In this document: positions 60,854 through 64,000 of the stretch, one piece after another
Layout: every line of letters begins with the position of its first letter
Position numbering within the stretch: position 1 is the stretch's first letter
NCBI GenBank assembly: GCA_963665235.2
Contig: CAXXLX010000001.1
Coordinates: 2,240,001 to 2,304,000 of the forward strand
Direction of reading: 5' to 3'
Length of the DNA stretch: 64,000 nucleotides
Source of the DNA: Candidatus Poribacteria bacterium
Lineage (GTDB): Bacteria > Poribacteria > WGA-4E > WGA-3G
Program-made: the position numbers and the translations under genes
Notes under the pieces: model-generated
Told to the model about the DNA's origin: nothing
Seen by the model: the letters and a program-made list of their open reading frames with translations, nothing else
Database searches by the model: none

Positions 60854-62695
60854 GTGGAAACTCTAAAGAATCTTCTCACACAGACAGCGACGAACTTACG
60901 TATCCACTCCATCGCCGCGACATCGGCGGCAGGCAACGGGCATCCCACGACGTGCATGTCCGCAGCGGATATTGTCGCAGCACTCTTTTTTCACGCGATG
61001 CGCTACGACCCTACCAACGCACAACACCCGAACAACGATAGGTTCATCTTATCAAAAGGGCACGCCGCACCGCTCCTTTACGCAGCGTACGCTGAAGCCG
61101 GTGTTATCCCTAAAACCGACCTGCTCACATTGCGGCAGATTGATAGCATCCTTGAGGGACACCCCACGCCTCGCTTTGAATGGACAGAGGTCGCCACGGG
61201 CTCGCTCGGGCAAGGTTTATCCCTCGGACTCGGCATGGCACTCAACGGCAAATACTTAGACAAGTCGGATTACCGCGTGTATGTCCTGCTCGGCGACGGT
61301 GAAACGGCTGAAGGTGCGGTTTGGGAAGCAGCTGCCTTAGCATCACATTACAACCTGAATAACCTCATCGGGATTATAGATGTAAACGCCCTTGGGCAGA
61401 GCCAACGGACTATGTACGGGTTCGATATCGATACCTACTGTCAACGTTTTGAGACCTTCGGTTGGCAAGCTATCGGCATCGATGGACACGATTTTGATGA
61501 AATCCTGCCCGCGCTCACACAGGCGAAAGCCTCTACCGATAAACCGACCATGATAGTCGCCAAGACGTTCAAAGGAAAAGGCGTTTCATTCCTCGAAGAC
61601 GCAGACAACTGGCACGGGAAACCTGTACCGCAAGGCGAAGACCTTGACAAGGCGTTAGCCGAACTCGGGCCATTGCAGACAGATATTCCGCTACAAATAG
61701 AGCCCCCCACCCCCATAGACATTCAGATTTCTCCATCTACCGAATCTGAACCGCCAAACTATATGCCCGACGAAGAGGTGGCAACCCGCGGCGGCTATGG
61801 CACCGGGCTTGCAAAACTTGGGACAGCAAACCCCAATGTTGTTGCCCTAGATGGCGACACCAAAAACTCGACGTACGCCGAACAATTCATGGAACTATAC
61901 CCAGCTCGGTATTTTGAGATGTTCATTGCCGAACAGAATTTAGTCGGGGCAGGCATCGGTTTAGCGAAACGCGGTAAAATTCCGTTCGTCTCAACGTTCG
62001 CAGCGTTCCTATCGCGTGCTTATGACCAGATTCGGATGTCCGCGATTTCGCAGGCGAACATTAAATATGCAGGGTCACATTGCGGCGTTTCAATCGGAGA
62101 AGACGGCCCCTCACAAATGGGATTAGAAGATATTGCGATGTTCCGCGCAATTCCCGAAGCAGTCGTGCTGTATCCAAGCGATGCTGTTGCAGCAGAACGG
62201 CTTGTCGCAGAAGCCGCCGCACATGAAGGCATCGTGTACATCCGAACCTCGCGCCCGAAAACCGCAATTCTTTACGAAGCAACAGAAGATTTTCCCATCG
62301 GGGGATGTAAAATCCTCAAGAGAAGTGCTGAAGATAAAGTGACCGTCATCGGGGCAGGTGTGACGCTACACGAAGCCTTAAAGGCACATGACATACTCGC
62401 CGCGGAAGGCATCGCAATCCGAATCATCGACCTGTATTCCATCAAACCGATTGACACGGAAACCCTCCTCGCTGCTGCAGCCGACACGAACAACACCTTA
62501 ATCACTGTTGAGGACCATTATCCTGAAGGCGGTTTAGGCGAGGCAGTTTCAGCAGCTGTTTCTACCGAAGGTGTATCCGTTCACAAACTCGCTGTCACAG
62601 GCATACCGCGCTCTGGCAAACCGGAGGAGTTATTGGAATTTCACGGAATTAGCGCAAACGCCATTGTACAGAAGGTGAAAAGCATCGTCTCCTGA
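60854..62695 (+). CDS. tkt: Transketolase (single-chain, human TKT-like type)
   Basis: GHPTTCMS, DRFILSKGHAAP, LGDGETAEG, IAEQN and SIGEDGPSQM motifs. Confidence 0.92.
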   Translation: METLKNLLTQTATNLRIHSIAATSAAGNGHPTTCMSAADIVAALFFHAMRYDPTNAQHPNNDRFILSKGHAAPLLYAAYAEAGVIPKTDLLTLRQIDSILEGHPTPRFEWTEVATGSLGQGLSLGLGMALNGKYLDKSDYRVYVLLGDGETAEGAVWEAAALASHYNLNNLIGIIDVNALGQSQRTMYGFDIDTYCQRFETFGWQAIGIDGHDFDEILPALTQAKASTDKPTMIVAKTFKGKGVSFLEDADNWHGKPVPQGEDLDKALAELGPLQTDIPLQIEPPTPIDIQISPSTESEPPNYMPDEEVATRGGYGTGLAKLGTANPNVVALDGDTKNSTYAEQFMELYPARYFEMFIAEQNLVGAGIGLAKRGKIPFVSTFAAFLSRAYDQIRMSAISQANIKYAGSHCGVSIGEDGPSQMGLEDIAMFRAIPEAVVLYPSDAVAAERLVAEAAAHEGIVYIRTSRPKTAILYEATEDFPIGGCKILKRSAEDKVTVIGAGVTLHEALKAHDILAAEGIAIRIIDLYSIKPIDTETLLAAAADTNNTLITVEDHYPEGGLGEAVSAAVSTEGVSVHKLAVTGIPRSGKPEELLEFHGISANAIVQKVKSIVS

Positions 62696-62709
62696 CACAT
62701 GCTAGGTCA

Positions 62710-62882
62710 ACGGAAAGTTAGATTTGGAACATAAGTCGGTGGGTACATATCGAAGGCGTAGTGGTGCCGCCTATTGGGATGGTAAGAACGAAGACGGTGA
62801 ACCGGTCGCTACTGGCCTCTATTTCTATCAGTTTGAGGCAGGCAGCATGAGAAGTGTGCGGAAAATGTGGCTATTGAAATAA
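62710..62882 (+). pseudogene. Orphan FlgD-Ig C-terminal domain fragment
   Basis: RKLDLEHKSVGTYRRRSGAAYWDGKNEDGEPVATGLYFYQFEAGSMRSVRKMWLLK* with no start codon. Confidence 0.75.
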
Positions 62883-62949
62883 ACTCAAGTGAATTGGTTT
62901 CTCTGGGTACATATCCAGCGAATCAACTGTCTATAAAGGAGTTAGAACA

Positions 62950-63141
62950 GTGGAACTTCAAGATTTATACGATTTGATGAAGGACAATTTTTCGGATGTA
63001 AAAGAACGTTTTTCGGAGATTATTACGCGGTTGGACGGTATTGACGAACGGCTTCGTAAGGTAGAGACCGACGTTGCCGAACTGCGCGGACGCAAATTGG
63101 GCATAAGCGTTGCGCGGATGGTACGTTGGTTCGCAGGTTAA
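62950..63141 (+). CDS. Small coiled-coil protein
   Basis: AAGGAG RBS, heptads RLDGIDERLRKVETDVAELRG. The 3' end runs into a second FlgD fragment. Confidence 0.55.
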   Translation: MELQDLYDLMKDNFSDVKERFSEIITRLDGIDERLRKVETDVAELRGRKLGISVARMVRWFAG

Positions 63142-63266
63142 ATTTGAGACAGAAGTCCGTGGGTATAGCTCAAAATCGTAGTCGTCGTGCGGCCTATTGG
63201 GATGGCAAAGACGATTTCACCGCAACACGAAAGATGCTCATAAGGAAGTAAAAGGCTCACCAAGAT

Positions 63267-63635
63267 ATGCAACAAGCGATAGTTTGGATTATAGTAATAG
63301 CGGTTATCCTTTTAGCGGCCATCGGCATGATTTTCGCCTTGCGAGCACCGAGCACTGCCCCAAAAACATATCCAGCAGATAAGGGCCCCAACTTTATTGA
63401 TGTCTCCACCTATCCGCAGGAGATGCAAACCCTTTATGAACTGTTTACCCGCAAGTGCAGCCGATGCCATACCGTCGCACGACCGATTAATTCGGTCTTT
63501 GCCCCAGAGGAGTGGCGAAAATATGTCCACAAGATGATGCGAAAGCCGGGCTCCGGACTGAACCCCAAAACAGCTGAACAGATAATCAAATTCTTAACTT
63601 ACGATGCCCGACATCGAGAGAGAAGCACACCGTAA
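63267..63635 (+). CDS. Small membrane-anchored c-type cytochrome
   Basis: N-terminal TM helix, KCSRCHT, W..YV.KM. Confidence 0.8.
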   Translation: MQQAIVWIIVIAVILLAAIGMIFALRAPSTAPKTYPADKGPNFIDVSTYPQEMQTLYELFTRKCSRCHTVARPINSVFAPEEWRKYVHKMMRKPGSGLNPKTAEQIIKFLTYDARHRERSTP

Positions 63636-63639
63636 AAAT

Positions 63640-64000
63640 ATGAAACCTTATGAATACCTTGACCATACAGCAGATGCCGCCATGCGCGTCACAGGCGACA
63701 CCCTTAAAACCCTCTTTACCCATGCTGCGCACGGTCTGTTCGAAATGATAGCCGTCACCGATACAATTGACGAAACAACCACAATTGATATCCAACTCAC
63801 TGCTGAAGCCGTTGATATCCTCTTCGTCGAGTGGTTAGATACGTTAATCTTCAGACACGAAACAGAGGAACTTTTCTTTAAACGGGTCGACATTCAAGCT
63901 ATTTCTCAAACGGAACTCTCTGCGGTAGTATACGGTGAACCCACAAATTTTGACAAACATGTCGTTTATACAGAGATTAAAGCGGTAACCTATCACCAAT
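63640..64000 (+). CDS. Archease (3'-partial)
   Basis: MKPYEYLDHTADAAMRVTG..L..LF..AA.GL ... EIKAVTYHQ. Absent from the ORF track because the window truncates it. Confidence 0.9.
   Translation, partial: MKPYEYLDHTADAAMRVTGDTLKTLFTHAAHGLFEMIAVTDTIDETTTIDIQLTAEAVDILFVEWLDTLIFRHETEELFFKRVDIQAISQTELSAVVYGEPTNFDKHVVYTEIKAVTYHQ

Overview
Bacterial chromosomal window. Proteins ending in cohesin + dockerin + FlgD-Ig 'NYPNPFNPETWIPY...AAYWDG' domains, internalin-like LRRs, heptamer-flanked intergenic repeats and a sulfatase suggest Candidatus Poribacteria; this is inference, not a search result. 3.1-17.2 kb is an accessory region. A ~1.6 kb direct repeat (sigma54 core promoter + DUF4159 gene) brackets a ~6.9 kb cassette holding IS982, IS630, two inactivated secreted coiled-coil genes, an intact membrane-anchored partner and a GIY-YIG gene. 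It is followed by two His-motif membrane proteins and a defence cluster (truncated TIR + membrane effector, DUF262 + HNH). The rest is mostly housekeeping: copA, oxidoreductases, a frameshifted giant cytochrome c/LRR surface protein, aldolases, AAA ATPase, MFS, metalloprotease-TPR, fumC, a stand-alone rpoBC operon, DmpA peptidase, a REP array, sulfatase, batA, transketolase and archease. Most striking is rpoC: it has a ~630-aa trigger-loop insertion built from ~13 copies of a ~40-aa module resembling a segment of its own N-terminal clamp region. rpoB also has substitutions at classical rifampicin-pocket positions. Dense indels around 19.5 kb and 21.5-27.6 kb look like sequencing or assembly noise.
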